Below are positions 1 to 13,314 of a DNA stretch of 64,000 bases, in pieces. Source of the stretch: Eledone cirrhosa (taxonomy: Eukaryota). Position 1 is the stretch's first letter; each line of letters starts with the position of its first letter. The translations under genes and the position numbers were made by a program. The notes beneath the pieces are model-generated. The model made no database searches. It saw only the letters and a list, made by a program, of their open reading frames with translations, and was not told the origin of the DNA. The stretch is taken from assembly GCA_964016885.1 (NCBI GenBank), contig OZ024744.1:7316001-7380000 (forward strand). Direction: 5' to 3'.

Positions 1-213
1 TACAACCATAAACACACATACAAACACACACATACACACATATATACATACATATATATACACACACACAAAAAAAACACACATACACATATATTTTTTT
101 ACACATATATATCCATATATATACATATACACACCCTCACATATACACACATACACATAAGTTATATTATAATAATAAATAATATATATATATATATACA
201 CACATAGATATAC

Positions 214-249
<36 letters not shown>

Positions 250-423
250 TCACATATATATGTGCGCACACGTACATATATACACATACACACATATACA
301 CATAAACATATACATGTGCATACATGTACATACACACATATAGCCACATAGATACGAAGATAGACATATATATAGAGAGACATACATATATATACACATA
401 TATATATACACATACATACACAC

Positions 424-454
<31 letters not shown>

Positions 455-570
455 TACACGCCCACACACATATACACATATACACATATATATAAACACA
501 TACACATACATATACACATGCATATATACACGTATATATATATATATACACACATATATATACACACACA
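1..570. repeat. Mixed (TA)n/(CA)n microsatellite field
   Basis: Direct reading; the YI/CV-rich ORFs here are translation artefacts. Confidence 0.95.
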
Positions 571-1244
571 ATCTTACATTCTTATTTGCATGCGCATATA
601 TGTATTTTTATATTCAGATATAAATACCCAAACATATATACACCTACCTACATATATATTCATACATACACGCTTACAAACACAGATGATAATAGTATGG
701 GGGAAAGGGGGGGGGGGGTTGGAGAAGGGGATTATAGTAAATATATGTTTCAAGAAACATAGAATATTATCTGTATCTGGATCCCAATATATGTTTTTAA
801 CATAGTTTCAGTGTTAGGAAATACAAGAAATAAGGCAAAATTATGCATTTCAAAATAAGTATACCATTAATTATATGTTAACTAAACTAAAGATAGTTAA
901 CATATTGATTTCTAAGGTGTAAATTAGTTAGGTTTATAATATTTGAAGCAGAATTTTGAAGTTAAATAGTAGTAGAGTATTAATTATAGTATAACTAAAT
1001 TAAAGTTATTAACGTTATGGTATCAATATTAGGAAATGAATTTAGTAATAGGGAAAAAACAAATAAAGTATTACATCGGTAGTAGAATATAAATTATAGG
1101 TTAACTAAATTAAAAATTATATATTAATTTCTATAGTATATGTTAATTAGGTATATAATAAATAAAACAGATATTGTATTTTATCAATAGCAGAATATAA
1201 TTATATGCAAATAGAAATCAAAATTAATACATATACATATACAT

Positions 1245-1299
<55 letters not shown>

Positions 1300-1797
1300 C
1301 ACACATACATACACATACATATACATACATACATATACATATTTTTTCAAAAATTGCAAAGAATATATTAACTAGGTATACATCCAAAACACATCCCATT
1401 CTATGATTACATGACACTCTGCAATCCGTCTGTATAAGGATACTAATTTTAAGCCAATTAAATTAAATTTTTAGGTTGACTAAATTTAAAACCAAATTAT
1501 AAATATATTTCTAAAATGTATATTAATTAGGTCTATAATACTAAAAATTATTTCTCTGTCATTGGATACACGATATTTTGTTATATTTTATCTGTAAAGG
1601 AATTTTAATAAAAGGTTTAAATAAATTAAAATTAATCTATAAATTAAATTACTAAGTATATATTAGTAATATTTAAAGGTTTTTCACAATTTATGATTAC
1701 ACAATATTTTATATTCTCATCTGTAGTAGAATTTTAATTAAATTAAATTTATAGGTTAACTAACATTTAAATTAAATTAATTTCTAAAATAATGTTA

Positions 1798-3975
1798 TTA
1801 ATTAGGTTTATAATATTTAAATGTTTTTTTTAGTTTATGATTACACGATATAATTAATTCCTGTCGTTTATTTAATAGGATATCCTTAGATTTCATTATT
1901 TCAAATAGTTCTTGGGAACATAATCTACATTCATTTCTATTATTTTGATAAGGGGTGGCTCTTTTGAGCACACTCCAGGTCAAATCATATTCTATATTCT
2001 TATTTTTATAATTATTGATTTTTTCTGCTAGAGATGTTGTATTAGCCAGTGCGGAATTTTTAAAACTATGCTTGTGGGTATTAAATCTTGTCTTAAAATT
2101 GTTAGAGGTAGCTCCTATATATGAGCAAATAGAATCTTTAGTTTTAACATTACATTTATAGACTATGTTGTTAACAAGACAATTCCCTTTTAATGGGCAG
2201 TTTGCTTTGTTTCTACAGTTACAACCTTTCGTTAATTCTGTATTTGAGGAGATATTATGGTTAATTTGATGTACTGGTGGTATACTTATGGTTTTCTTAC
2301 ATTTATATGCATTATAGGCACTTATATTTTGTTTTATGTTATTTGTTGTTGAGTATGAGAATTTAACTGTAGACCTATTTAAGATTTGATGGTATTTGTG
2401 GTTTGGCGGGAAGTTTTTCTCTAGGATATAAAAAAATTTTTTAGCAATATTATCCTTAATTTGTAAATTAAATGGAGCATTATACCAAGTAACCCGTCTA
2501 TTACGGTTTCTATGTTGTTTATTATTTTTATTATTTCTATAGGTTGTATCGTGATGTTTACTAGGAGGATTAATGTTAATGATCTCACCACAACCATTTT
2601 TAGTTATATTTGTAGATTTAGGTGTTTTATCTTTTTTATTAGGAGTTTTATTATTAATATTTATTAGAGTTGTATGATGAGTAGTTTTTTGAGAGTTACT
2701 ATATTTTATATTAGAAGATTTGGTATTTTGGGGTATAGTGTGGGTGGCATTTAGGTGTGTACTTTTCATTTGGTGTTTGTTGGTAATATTAGGTTGTATG
2801 CTTTTAGTATTTTTAGTAGAAGGTATATATTCTAATCTATTTTTGTGGCCACTTCTATCTAGAGCTTCGTTATAGAAGGTCGCATTTTTATCAAATACAT
2901 CTTGGTTAGAAGAAAGGTTAGAAATTCTAAGTGATATATTATATGCAAGGTTTTTAAGGATAGATTTAGGGTGATTAGATTGTGAGTGTATGTAATGTAA
3001 GTTTTGGTTTGGTTTATGGTAAGGTTGGTAGATACCCGTAGCTAAATCTAAAGTTATATCTAGGAAATTTACTACTTTACTTGTTTTTTCAAAAGTAATA
3101 TGAAGATTATAATAGTCTTTAAGGAAAGTTCTAATATGTTTTTTGTTTTTTTCAATTTCTGAAAGGCTAAGGTTGTTAGAAAGAAGAAGACAGTCATCAC
3201 GATATAAACCACCTTTGAGGTGGGGAAAGGAGGCATTTATGTTGAAAAGGAGAAAGAGGCCCACAAGATCAGTAATTTGGGCGGAATCGCTTGAACCCAT
3301 AGTAATATCAAATAGATTACTATATGTGTTTCTGGTCCAGTATTCATTCTGAAATTCAATAAGTGTTAGTCTAGCATGTGTAATAATATTAATGTCATCC
3401 AAAGTTAAGTTAGATCTATTTTTAGCAAATATCAATGCTTTGTTCAGGAGTATAGGTGATATAGAAGAATAGTAATTATCTATATCAAATTGTAGAAATG
3501 AAGCAGAAGATTTACATCTAATATTTTTAAACCAGTTAATTACCTGGGAGGTGTTTTCCCAGAGTGGTAAAATAACGTGTTTTCTTATTTGTGGGATGAC
3601 TCTATCCAAAATTTTTTTGCTAATTATTCCAATATCTGATTTGGAGGGACATATAAGTCTAATAGAAGGATTTGAGTTAAAGTTTGATTTATGATCCTTC
3701 AGGTTGAAGTGTGGTCTTTTCAATGCCAAAGGTTCAGTTCTATCTTCAATGTTTAGTTTTTTTACTATGTTGTGTGTTTTGTTGTTGATGTTGGTGAGTG
3801 ACGCATTATTAGATTTTTTATAATTTTTTCTGAGTTCTTTATATATGAACTCATTATAATGTTCAATATCCATATGATACAAGTTACCAGTTTTGTCCGA
3901 GTGGACATGGATTTTTTTAGACTTTTTTAGGTCCAATAGGGTAGATCTGTTGAATATGCATGCCAATTCTAACAC
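1798..3975 (-). CDS. Penelope-like retroelement RT + GIY-YIG endonuclease, probably 5'-truncated (Naiad-like clade, inferred)
   Basis: 725-aa ORF with SDK, LKDHK, FLQFDIDNYY, ITMGSSDS, LYRDD and VNFLDI RT motifs, a CNC-x5-C-x5-C linker and a C-terminal VYKC...YIGAT...KTRFNTH GIY-YIG. It lacks the N-terminus present in the 14759-17218 homologue. Confidence 0.92.
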   Translation of the reverse strand: MLELACIFNRSTLLDLKKSKKIHVHSDKTGNLYHMDIEHYNEFIYKELRKNYKKSNNASLTNINNKTHNIVKKLNIEDRTEPLALKRPHFNLKDHKSNFNSNPSIRLICPSKSDIGIISKKILDRVIPQIRKHVILPLWENTSQVINWFKNIRCKSSASFLQFDIDNYYSSISPILLNKALIFAKNRSNLTLDDINIITHARLTLIEFQNEYWTRNTYSNLFDITMGSSDSAQITDLVGLFLLFNINASFPHLKGGLYRDDCLLLSNNLSLSEIEKNKKHIRTFLKDYYNLHITFEKTSKVVNFLDITLDLATGIYQPYHKPNQNLHYIHSQSNHPKSILKNLAYNISLRISNLSSNQDVFDKNATFYNEALDRSGHKNRLEYIPSTKNTKSIQPNITNKHQMKSTHLNATHTIPQNTKSSNIKYSNSQKTTHHTTLININNKTPNKKDKTPKSTNITKNGCGEIININPPSKHHDTTYRNNKNNKQHRNRNRRVTWYNAPFNLQIKDNIAKKFFYILEKNFPPNHKYHQILNRSTVKFSYSTTNNIKQNISAYNAYKCKKTISIPPVHQINHNISSNTELTKGCNCRNKANCPLKGNCLVNNIVYKCNVKTKDSICSYIGATSNNFKTRFNTHKHSFKNSALANTTSLAEKINNYKNKNIEYDLTWSVLKRATPYQNNRNECRLCSQELFEIMKSKDILLNKRQELIISCNHKLKKTFKYYKPN

Positions 3976-3984
3976 ATATATATC

Positions 3985-4203
3985 CTAGAAACGATCGTTA
4001 AATAATGAACTTTTTTTGTTTAATATAAGGAACTGTTTCATTGTTTTATTCATTATTTGTTTAATATTTTATCTTGACTCTGTATACCGTTTATCTTTCA
4101 CCGAAAGTGATTTTTCATTACATCTCTTCTTTCCATGATATCCGGAATACATTGAGTTCTTCATACGGATTGGACACTACCGTAAACTCTTGGTAGATTT
4201 ATC

Positions 4204-4206
<3 letters not shown>
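3985..4206 (+). mobile_element. Probable inverted pLTR 3' fragment abutting the 5' end of the PLE
   Basis: Begins with a hammerhead 3' half GAAAC-GATC-GTT (palindromic stem III) and ends in (TA)n. The partner arm is not visible in the window. Confidence 0.45.
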
Positions 4207-4235
<29 letters not shown>

Positions 4236-4240
<5 letters not shown>

Positions 4241-4435
4241 TTTATAGAAGGAGCTTCTACAGGACCAGTACTGTTTCATTCAGATGAAATCTTCAGGAAG
4301 CTTCCTGAAGATTTCATCTGAATGAAACAGTACTGGTCCTGTAGAAGCTCCTTCTATAAAATAAAAAAATTTTACTCTGCCATGTATTGAGTACCTTACT
4401 TACTGTGGTTATCCCCGACTCAACCCGGGACCTAC

Positions 4436-4437
<2 letters not shown>
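4236..4437. mobile_element. Mini PLE-derived fold-back: perfect 130-bp palindrome (4236-4365) plus ~70-nt extension, flanked by (TA)n
   Basis: Spacer-less palindrome centred on AAG|CTT at 4300/4301; each strand holds a complete HHR. Confidence 0.85.
4299..4349 (+). ncRNA. Type I hammerhead ribozyme (mirror copy 4252-4302 on -)
   Basis: agcttc-CTGAAGA-t-ttc(atct)gaa-t-GAAA-cag(tactggtc)ctg-TA-gaagct. Stem I covaries (cttc/gaag vs attc/gaat) in the relative at 12615-12660(-); another relative lies at 22299-22346(+). Confidence 0.8.
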
Positions 4438-4527
<90 letters not shown>

Positions 4528-4571
4528 GACGTAAAATAAGAAAATTATAAAAATTAACTTACTAAAATTTC

Positions 4572-4654
4572 ACTCCAACTAATTAGTTTCTGAAAGGGAA
4601 TAAACATGGTTTCCGAATGGAACGCATGGAGAAAATCTTTCGTCATCAGGAAGT
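4572..4654 (-). ncRNA. Hammerhead ribozyme with extended stem II
   Basis: acttc-CTGATGA-c-gaaag...ctttc-a-GAAAC-taatta-GTT-ggagt on the - strand; palindromic stem III. Confidence 0.7.
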
Positions 4655-4879
4655 CTGTTCTCAGCTAAGTTCCCAGGCGATGCGTGGACACAGGGAACTT
4701 ATACACAAATAATTCAGTGGATGGAAAAAAGCAAGCGTGGAGTAAATTCCAAGACATTGAAAAAATCACTGCCTACTTGGTCGGTGGCAAATTCAAAAGA
4801 ATCAATCACGTGACATCGAGGTTAATCAGTGAGGAGTGGGGTGTTAAAAAGACAGTAGCCGAAGCATTACTATGAACTA

Positions 4880-5803
4880 TAGTAGCAGTTTTGACAAATT
4901 CTGTAAAACTAGAAACGTAGTCTATAGCATAAGATGTACAGAGGGTACTTGCAGAAACATGACAACAACATACATAGGTGAGACAGCTCGTAGCATAGGT
5001 GAAAGGATAGACCAACACTGGGGGGAACTAAAAGGACGAAAAAACGGGCCAGTACTATACGAACATGCTAGACAACAACATGACGGTAACATAGACAACA
5101 TAGAAATTAGTAAAATATCTAAAAATAGAAATGACCCAGCAGATATACAAATCAGAGAGGCCAGTGAAATAGAAATTAGAAGACCAAGGCTAAACAGAAA
5201 GAATGAATGGAATAACAACAACACCCAAACAAACAACACTGACCTAAGAGAAGTATAAATAAGTAAATAAAATAAAATAAATAAATAAATAAATACATAC
5301 ACAAGCACAATAACAACAAGCACATAAACACACACTAGTCACCCATCACACAGCAAACAAAACACTATACACACACGCAAACGCATGCGCAAAGAAGACA
5401 AAATAAAATAAACAAACAAGCAAATAAATAAATAAATATATAGACAGACTGAATAAAAATGGCGTAGACATACAATACAACAGGAGGAAGATATAACACC
5501 ACTGACGTTGTTGCAGATGTGAAACGAAAGATTTATGTTAAACTATATATATGTGTTTGTGTCTATATTGTATCTGTATTATTTTTGACCGTCGGTCAGT
5601 CAATGGCAACATTGAGGACTGAGTAAGTTAGATTACCGATATAAAAGACACAGAAGCGAGAAGCGAAAACCAACCAAACAGGGAATGTGTTCTGTTATTA
5701 ATTCTGGCAATATTACACAAATATGACCCTCCCCAAGTATAACAATATTTGTTTCGACACACGATTTCATATAAAAAAACCTCGCAAAACTAATTCATCG
5801 CCG

Positions 5804-5805
<2 letters not shown>
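4880..5805 (+). mobile_element. PLE 3' remnant (GIY-YIG C-terminus + pLTR), Neptune-like family
   Basis: CKTRNVVYSIRC...YIGETARSIGERIDQH; 3' end homologous to 10700-11065 and 57300-57805; degenerate HHR at ~5494-5540. Confidence 0.85.
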
Positions 5806-5844
<39 letters not shown>

Positions 5845-5848
5845 ATAT

Positions 5849-6469
5849 GATGGCTGTCCCCTCGTTATCGAGTATGGCAATTACACGATATATCATTATT
5901 AATAATTATTAATTAATTCTATCGTGCAATACCTGTGCATGAAGATATTTTTTAAAGTGAGGAAAGACTGTGCACTGAGCCAATCCCACTCTCTGAGCGA
6001 CAGTATCTATAACCCGAAAAGAAGAAAAGATCAACATCATCGGTAACTACTGAGCTGCAGGTTTTATATCGGAGTTATCCCAGTTTCCTGAGTTGCCTTC
6101 TCCTAGAAGAATGCCCTGACATAGGCTAGGGGTCCTTCACTCCCAATGGCTTAACCGCGTAATCGGGTGTCCAGCCCGACTATTTCTATGTCCCAGCGCA
6201 TAAACATGCACATGTACATGTGTATATACACATATACATATACATACATATGGACATGTGTATATACATATTTACACACTTTTGTATGGCCGTTGACTCT
6301 TATGAGTTCTTCCGCCCTTTGTGAGGTTTCGTTTTTTGTCCTGCAGAGTGTCCAAAACCACCTCACCAATTAAACTTGGTGGGGTTGCCGGTTTAATCGC
6401 CGACGACCCAAACTTGCGACAGGTTGTACTGGGTTACATGTTACCAGTAGCACTCAAGAGTGACCGGAC
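5849..6469 (-). mobile_element. ~600-bp non-autonomous repeat (RTE-like 5'UTR derivative, inferred)
   Basis: Both termini shared with 42683-43279(+); partial copy at ~34315-34590; inserted in TA microsatellite. Confidence 0.6.
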
Positions 6470-6474
6470 ATATA

Positions 6475-7290
<816 letters not shown>

Positions 7291-10200
7291 AAACATAAAA
7301 AAGAAGATCTATAGAGAATCAAGTCATCAAGAAAAACATAAGCGTAACCTAATAAAAGAAATAACTAAGATCACCACACCAAGAGAAAAACTAATATTTA
7401 TAAGCCTTATACGTCCTGAAGAACAGTACATTGTTCAAGAATGTGATAAGCACTTTAACAAGAAAGTAAAGTGGCTTAAACAGATAAAACTAAATCAAGA
7501 TACTTTAGAGAATACCAATAGATATCCCGACAAAATTGGCGGTATAAATATGGCCGAGATCTCATTAACTGATGAGTTCAACAACAACAACACAAATATA
7601 TACGGCAACACTATGGTCGGCTCTGATTAATTATCTGTATTACAACTGCCACCTAAATATGCCACATTTAATAAGATAAATATGATTAGTTGTTTGTCAG
7701 AAATAGAAAAATCATTTACAAAATTACGTTGGAGCCTCAAAAACAAAAACAAAAACAAAATTAAAAACATACGCACACACATATACAACACGCATCCCAA
7801 CAACAACAGACACACAGACACAAACAACAATGAAAACAACACACACATCAACAATAATAACATACTCAGAAACAACAACATCAGACACGCAGACACAAAC
7901 AACAATAACAACACAGACAACAATAAAAACACACACGGAGACAACAACAACAACACACATCAACAACAGCACACATCAACAACAACAACAACAACAACAC
8001 GCACATTCAATGCCTCTCACCACAACCACAATCTTAACAAACACACAGACACAGAAAACAGGTAATGGCAGTAGCACAGAAATAAGGGAAGGTAATAGGA
8101 TTAAAAGGAGAAGGGAGACTATGGACAGAGAAAATAACCAAGACGAACACACAGACACACAAAATAGAGTAGATAATAACAATGAGCCAGAGGAAAGAGA
8201 CAGGAGTAATTATGAGAGACATAATTATGAGAGACCATGAGGCTGTTGGTGGAAATAAAAATAGAAACAACACAACTAACAATAACAATAGCACTAGTAC
8301 ACATAAAGCAGCAGCTTGGAACTCTACTTTTTATAATCCCTCCGATAAGTCGTTCGATGTGCGACGAGTCCACGCCACGACTTTACCTTTTAACAAACGC
8401 ACGCAATTGCCGTCGCAGGTCGATGAACAAACAGAAGCACAATTTAGTATAGCTAGATCTAAACTTAGAAATATTATAGAACAGTATAGCAAGAAGCATA
8501 ATAGAATGGAGGCCCAGCAACTGGGAGAAAAATCTGCAAATGGCTTGTGTAAGCTCATGCAGCGCTCGCGTAATGGAGAGATAGCATGCTTTCCAACAGA
8601 CAAGTCTGGCAGAATGTCGGTTGACAGTCTGCCAAACTACATCCAGGCAATGCAACCCCACATCACTAACACAAGAGAAGTAACACGACAAGAGCATGAG
8701 GATAGAGAAAAAGCCCTCAATGCCCATATGGTGATGTGGACAAATATAATGCTGCCCAACAAAAGGACTGCCAACAACTTCCAGGCCTGGAACAATGACG
8801 TGCCAGCGTTGTATGGGCTTCGAAAAGACCATAAGACGGGCAGTGACCCTGTCACGGGACCACCAACACGGCCAGTCTGTGGAGCCAACATTGCTAGTAA
8901 CTACAGATAGTCCTACTTCCTCTCTCTGATCATACGCCCCATCATTGAAATGTCCCCAGATGTATGTGACAGCACGGAGGATCTCCTCAGCAGAATCGGT
9001 GAGAGTAACCGATCTAGGGACCTAACAAACTGCATAATAGGTAGTATGGATGTTGTGTCCCTGTATCCATCTATTGACGTGGATTTTGCTGTGGAGAAAT
9101 GCGTAGAAATGATCAGTGAGAACAATGTTGAGTTCCGTGGGATTGATACCAGTGAGCTGGGACTCCTACTTAAACTTACCTATAGTAATAATTACCTAGA
9201 CACATATGACATTAGCAACATGTGCCCTACAAGACCAGTAAGAGGCAGACCACCTATCATTACCTCAATGGCCAAGAAAACCCACACAGATAGATGGAAC
9301 GGGTGGACCAGAGCCACACGGACACCAGAAAACCACGATGAACTAAAGAAAATGATTGCACATGCGGTGGGGGCCAGCATAAAATTAACCCTTAAGAAAC
9401 ATATGTTCAAATTTAATGGAAAAACATATGTCCAAGAGGAAGGAACAGCCATTGGTGGGACAGTAGACTTAAACTTAAACTTAAAGAACAATTAGAAGAC
9501 CACTTAACCCTGATAATGTACTACCGCTACGTTGATGATATAAACATCGTAGTTAAAACACCCCCACTAGAGAACAGTCAGGAATTAGAGAAAAACACAA
9601 TGGAAAGCAACCAGCAAATAGCTAACTCCATCCACCAGAGTATTAGAGTTACTATAGACTACCCAAGTAAACACCCCAACCATCGATTACCTGTACTAGA
9701 CACAGAGCTCTGGTTAGATACCATTAATAACCAAAAACAAATCCTCCATTCCCATTATGCCAAACCCATGACTTCCAAATATCTGATCCACCGAAACTCA
9801 GCTGTTTCGGACCATACCAAAATCAACATACTGATTGCGGATTTGGTACGGGTGATGAGAAACGTGTCCCGCATGTGCAACCCCGAAGAACTAGAGAGAC
9901 ACATACAACACTTCATCCACCGTATGCAGTTCTCTGGTTACAATCAGAGAGATAAAATCAGGGTGTATAGAGGAGCCAGAACCAAATGGGAAAAAATGGT
10001 AAATAATGACACAAATGGGACCTGCACCTTGTATAGGAGCAAATTTTCGTATAGAATAGAAAGAACTAGGAATAAGGCTAATAGAATAAACTCATGGTAT
10101 GATAGCAATAAATACCAGAGTGTAATGTTCATCGATACAACCCCTAGAGGTGAATTAGCTTACACATTTAGAAGGGCCCTAGATAAACATAAACTCAATA

Positions 10201-11058
10201 TTAAGATAGTAGAAAGACCAGGTATCTCCGTAAAAACACTTATTAGCAAGACATACCCTTTTCAAAGACCCCCCTGTATAGATAAGAAATGTATAACCTG
10301 TAAATTAAGCCCCCGTATTAACTGTAAAACTAGAAATGTAGTATACATCATAAGATGTACTGAAGGACAATGTAGAGACAATTATATAATGTACATAGGT
10401 GAGAAAGCTCGTAGCGTAGGGGAACGGATAAATGAACACTGGCTAGACCTTCAAGTAAATAATCATAGTAAATAATCATCTGTACTCTACCAACATGCTA
10501 AAATAGAACATAAGGGTAAATTAGAAAACATAGAAATAAAAAGAGAATCTACACACAGAAAAGACGCAATGTTTAGACAAATCACAGAGGCAATAAACAT
10601 AAAAGAATTACAACCAAAATTAAATAGAAAACATGAATGGAGCAGCAACATCACAACTTACAATTAAGGACAAAATGAAAACACACACGCACATAGAACA
10701 AACAACCAACCTGTAACATGAATAATAAACAAATAAATAAACGAATATAAACACACACAGACACCCGGATGTGGCGCATGCGCAGACTGAGCACACAACA
10801 CACACACAGAAACAAGATGGCGTAGGACAGAACAAAGGAGAGGCACAAAAACAAAGAAAAAATCCCCAGTCACTGAAGAGGTCACAGAATGTGTGACGAA
10901 AGAACTTTGACAATATTTAAAACAACCATGTGGTTGTGGAACCAACAAACCAACCGGAAATTTATAAATTCCTAAATTTATAAATTTATTATAATAAATT
11001 GAAGTGAAAGCAGCTGGTGCGTGTGTCTCTTATTGGCAATATGACCCTCCCAAACTAT

Positions 11059-11066
<8 letters not shown>
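7291..11066 (+). pseudogene. Disrupted PLE (Neptune-like): RT, zinc knuckle, GIY-YIG, pLTR
   Basis: ORF pieces 8182-8910, 8950-9495 and 9516-10475 carry PTDKSG, LYGLRKDHK, PTRPV, SMDVVSLYPSID, QEEGTAIG, YRYVDD, LPVLD, CxxxxCxxC and VVYIIRC..YIGE..RINEH; interrupted by stops and a deletion. Confidence 0.9.
10869..10911 (+). ncRNA. Minimal hammerhead ribozyme in pLTR (degenerate relative at 57572-57614)
   Basis: gtca-CTGAAGA-g-gtcaca(gaatg)tgtgac-GAAA-g(aa)c-TT-tgac. Confidence 0.7.
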
Positions 11067-11128
<62 letters not shown>

Positions 11129-11130
<2 letters not shown>

Positions 11131-11545
11131 CGTTTCTGAATTTGTTTAGCAAGATTCTTTATCTGAAATCGTGTGTTGAAACCGATATTGTTATACTTTG
11201 GGAGGGTCATGTTGCCAATAAGAAACATACGCACCAGTTGCTTTCACTTCAATTTATTATATATTTATAAATTTATATATTTCTGGCTGGTTGGTTGGTT
11301 CCACAACCAGATAGTTGTTTATATATAGTCATAGTTTATATATTGTCATAGATCTTTCGTCATACACAGAGTGTGTGACGAAAGAACTATGACTATATAT
11401 AAACAACTATCTGGTTGTGGAACCAACCAACCAACCAGAAATTTATAAATTTATAAATTTATAAATATATAATAAATTGAAGTGAAAGCAGTGGTGCGTG
11501 TGTTTCTTATTGGCAACATGACCCTCCCAAAGTATAACAATATAT
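11129..11545. mobile_element. Fold-back of two pLTR 3' ends (Neptune-like family), centred ~11368
   Basis: Arms are inverted copies of 10890-11065; the inversion point lies inside HHR stem II; the left arm has a ~55-nt extension; (TA)n on both sides. Confidence 0.85.
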
Positions 11546-11665
11546 ATATATATATAAATATATATATACATTTCTACATCATTTATTCTCATCCCTGGGA
11601 ACAATTTTGAATAGCGCCAGTTCGTAATTCGAACTCGGGAATTATAAATTCTCCGAGTGTAAAGA

Positions 11666-11752
11666 ACCTTCTGACGAGTGTTTATCTTTTCAACGGAGGC
11701 CCGCAAAGACTTTCCATTTATTTTTGATTCTCGAAACCGTTTCGGTAAAGGT
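11666..11752 (+). ncRNA. Hammerhead ribozyme in a ~260-bp orphan insert (11568-11825)
   Basis: acctt-CTGACGA-g...c-GAAA-ccg(ttt)cgg-TA-aaggt; stem II pairs poorly. Confidence 0.7.
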
Positions 11753-11825
11753 AACCATAGTAAATACATTGAATTTAATTTTTTGAAATTTATCTTGAAA
11801 CTTTTTCTCATTTGCTAAACCTTGA

Positions 11826-11882
<57 letters not shown>

Positions 11883-11929
11883 CACATACATATACATATA
11901 TATACACGCATATAAACACATATACACAA

Positions 11930-11990
<61 letters not shown>

Positions 11991-12045
11991 CAAATACACA
12001 TACACACATATACACATATACAGATATATGTATATATATACACAC

Positions 12046-12076
<31 letters not shown>

Positions 12077-12343
12077 TACATATATACATATGTATATACA
12101 TATATACACATACGTATATATATATATACACGCACACATATATACACACACGCATACATATATATACATATATATACATATATACATATATACACATATA
12201 TACATATATATATACATATATACACATATATATACACAAACGCATACACATATACACACATATATACATATATATATACATATACATACATGTACATGTG
12301 TGCATATATATCTATATACATATACACATATACATACACACAC

Positions 12344-12376
<33 letters not shown>

Positions 12377-12875
12377 CATATATATACACATATATATATA
12401 TATATATACATACATGTATATATATATATACACACACACAGATATACACATACACACATATATATATATATATATATACATATATATATAAAAAATATAT
12501 ACACATACACATACACATACATACACACATATTCACATATACATACATATATACACACATATATATATATATACATATATATACACATATATTTATATTT
12601 TAATATAGAAGAGATTCTTCAGGGCTAGAACTGTTTCATTCTTTAGAAATCATCAGGAATATATTTATATATATACACATACATATATATATATATATAC
12701 ACAAATACACACATACATATACACATATACATACATATATATATATAAATATATATATACACAAATACACACACATATATATATATATACACATATCATC
12801 ATCTCCATCATCATCATCACCGTTTTACATCAGTTCTTCCATGCTAGCATGGGTTAGACGGTAAATATATATATA

Positions 12876-12908
<33 letters not shown>

Positions 12909-13062
12909 ATATATATAAATATACATATATATACACACATATATACGCATACACATACATACATACATACATATATACACACATAAACATACACACACAC
13001 ATACATATACACATATATATACACATATACACATATATACATATATACATACATATATATAC
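11826..13062. repeat. (TA)n/(TACA)n microsatellite field with embedded pLTR (12600-12660) and SINE-tail (12795-12862) fragments
   Basis: Direct reading; homology to 22299-22362 and 23140-23190. Confidence 0.85.
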
Positions 13063-13267
13063 AGTATTAGTTATACTATTTATGGTTATGTAAACACAAA
13101 ACCTTAAGCAGTTGTAAGTATTTTACACACACCCTAAATAGTGGTAGGCAGTAATGTATTACTACCTTATTACCAGTAAGTTAAGTAGCTCAATGTAAAA
13201 ACATCAGATGATTTACAGAGCAGTTATATGAAATATAAGAATCAAAGAACTGTTCAAAACATTATTG

Positions 13268-13314
13268 TGCTTACAGCTGTTTCCTCCAAACCGAGGTTTG
13301 GATTCTTCGGAGCA
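13268..13314 (-). ncRNA. Variant hammerhead (CCGAAGA core); copies at 17468-17514(-), 21034-21080(+), 52027-52073(+)
   Basis: tgct-CCGAAGA-a-tccaaacc(tc)ggtttgga-g-GAAAC-agct-GTA-agca. Confidence 0.78.

Noticed and set aside
162-623. Long YI/CV/SL-rich ORFs here and at 11690-13093, 41874-46107 and 58050-58578
   Set aside because: Translations of stop-free microsatellites; not genes.
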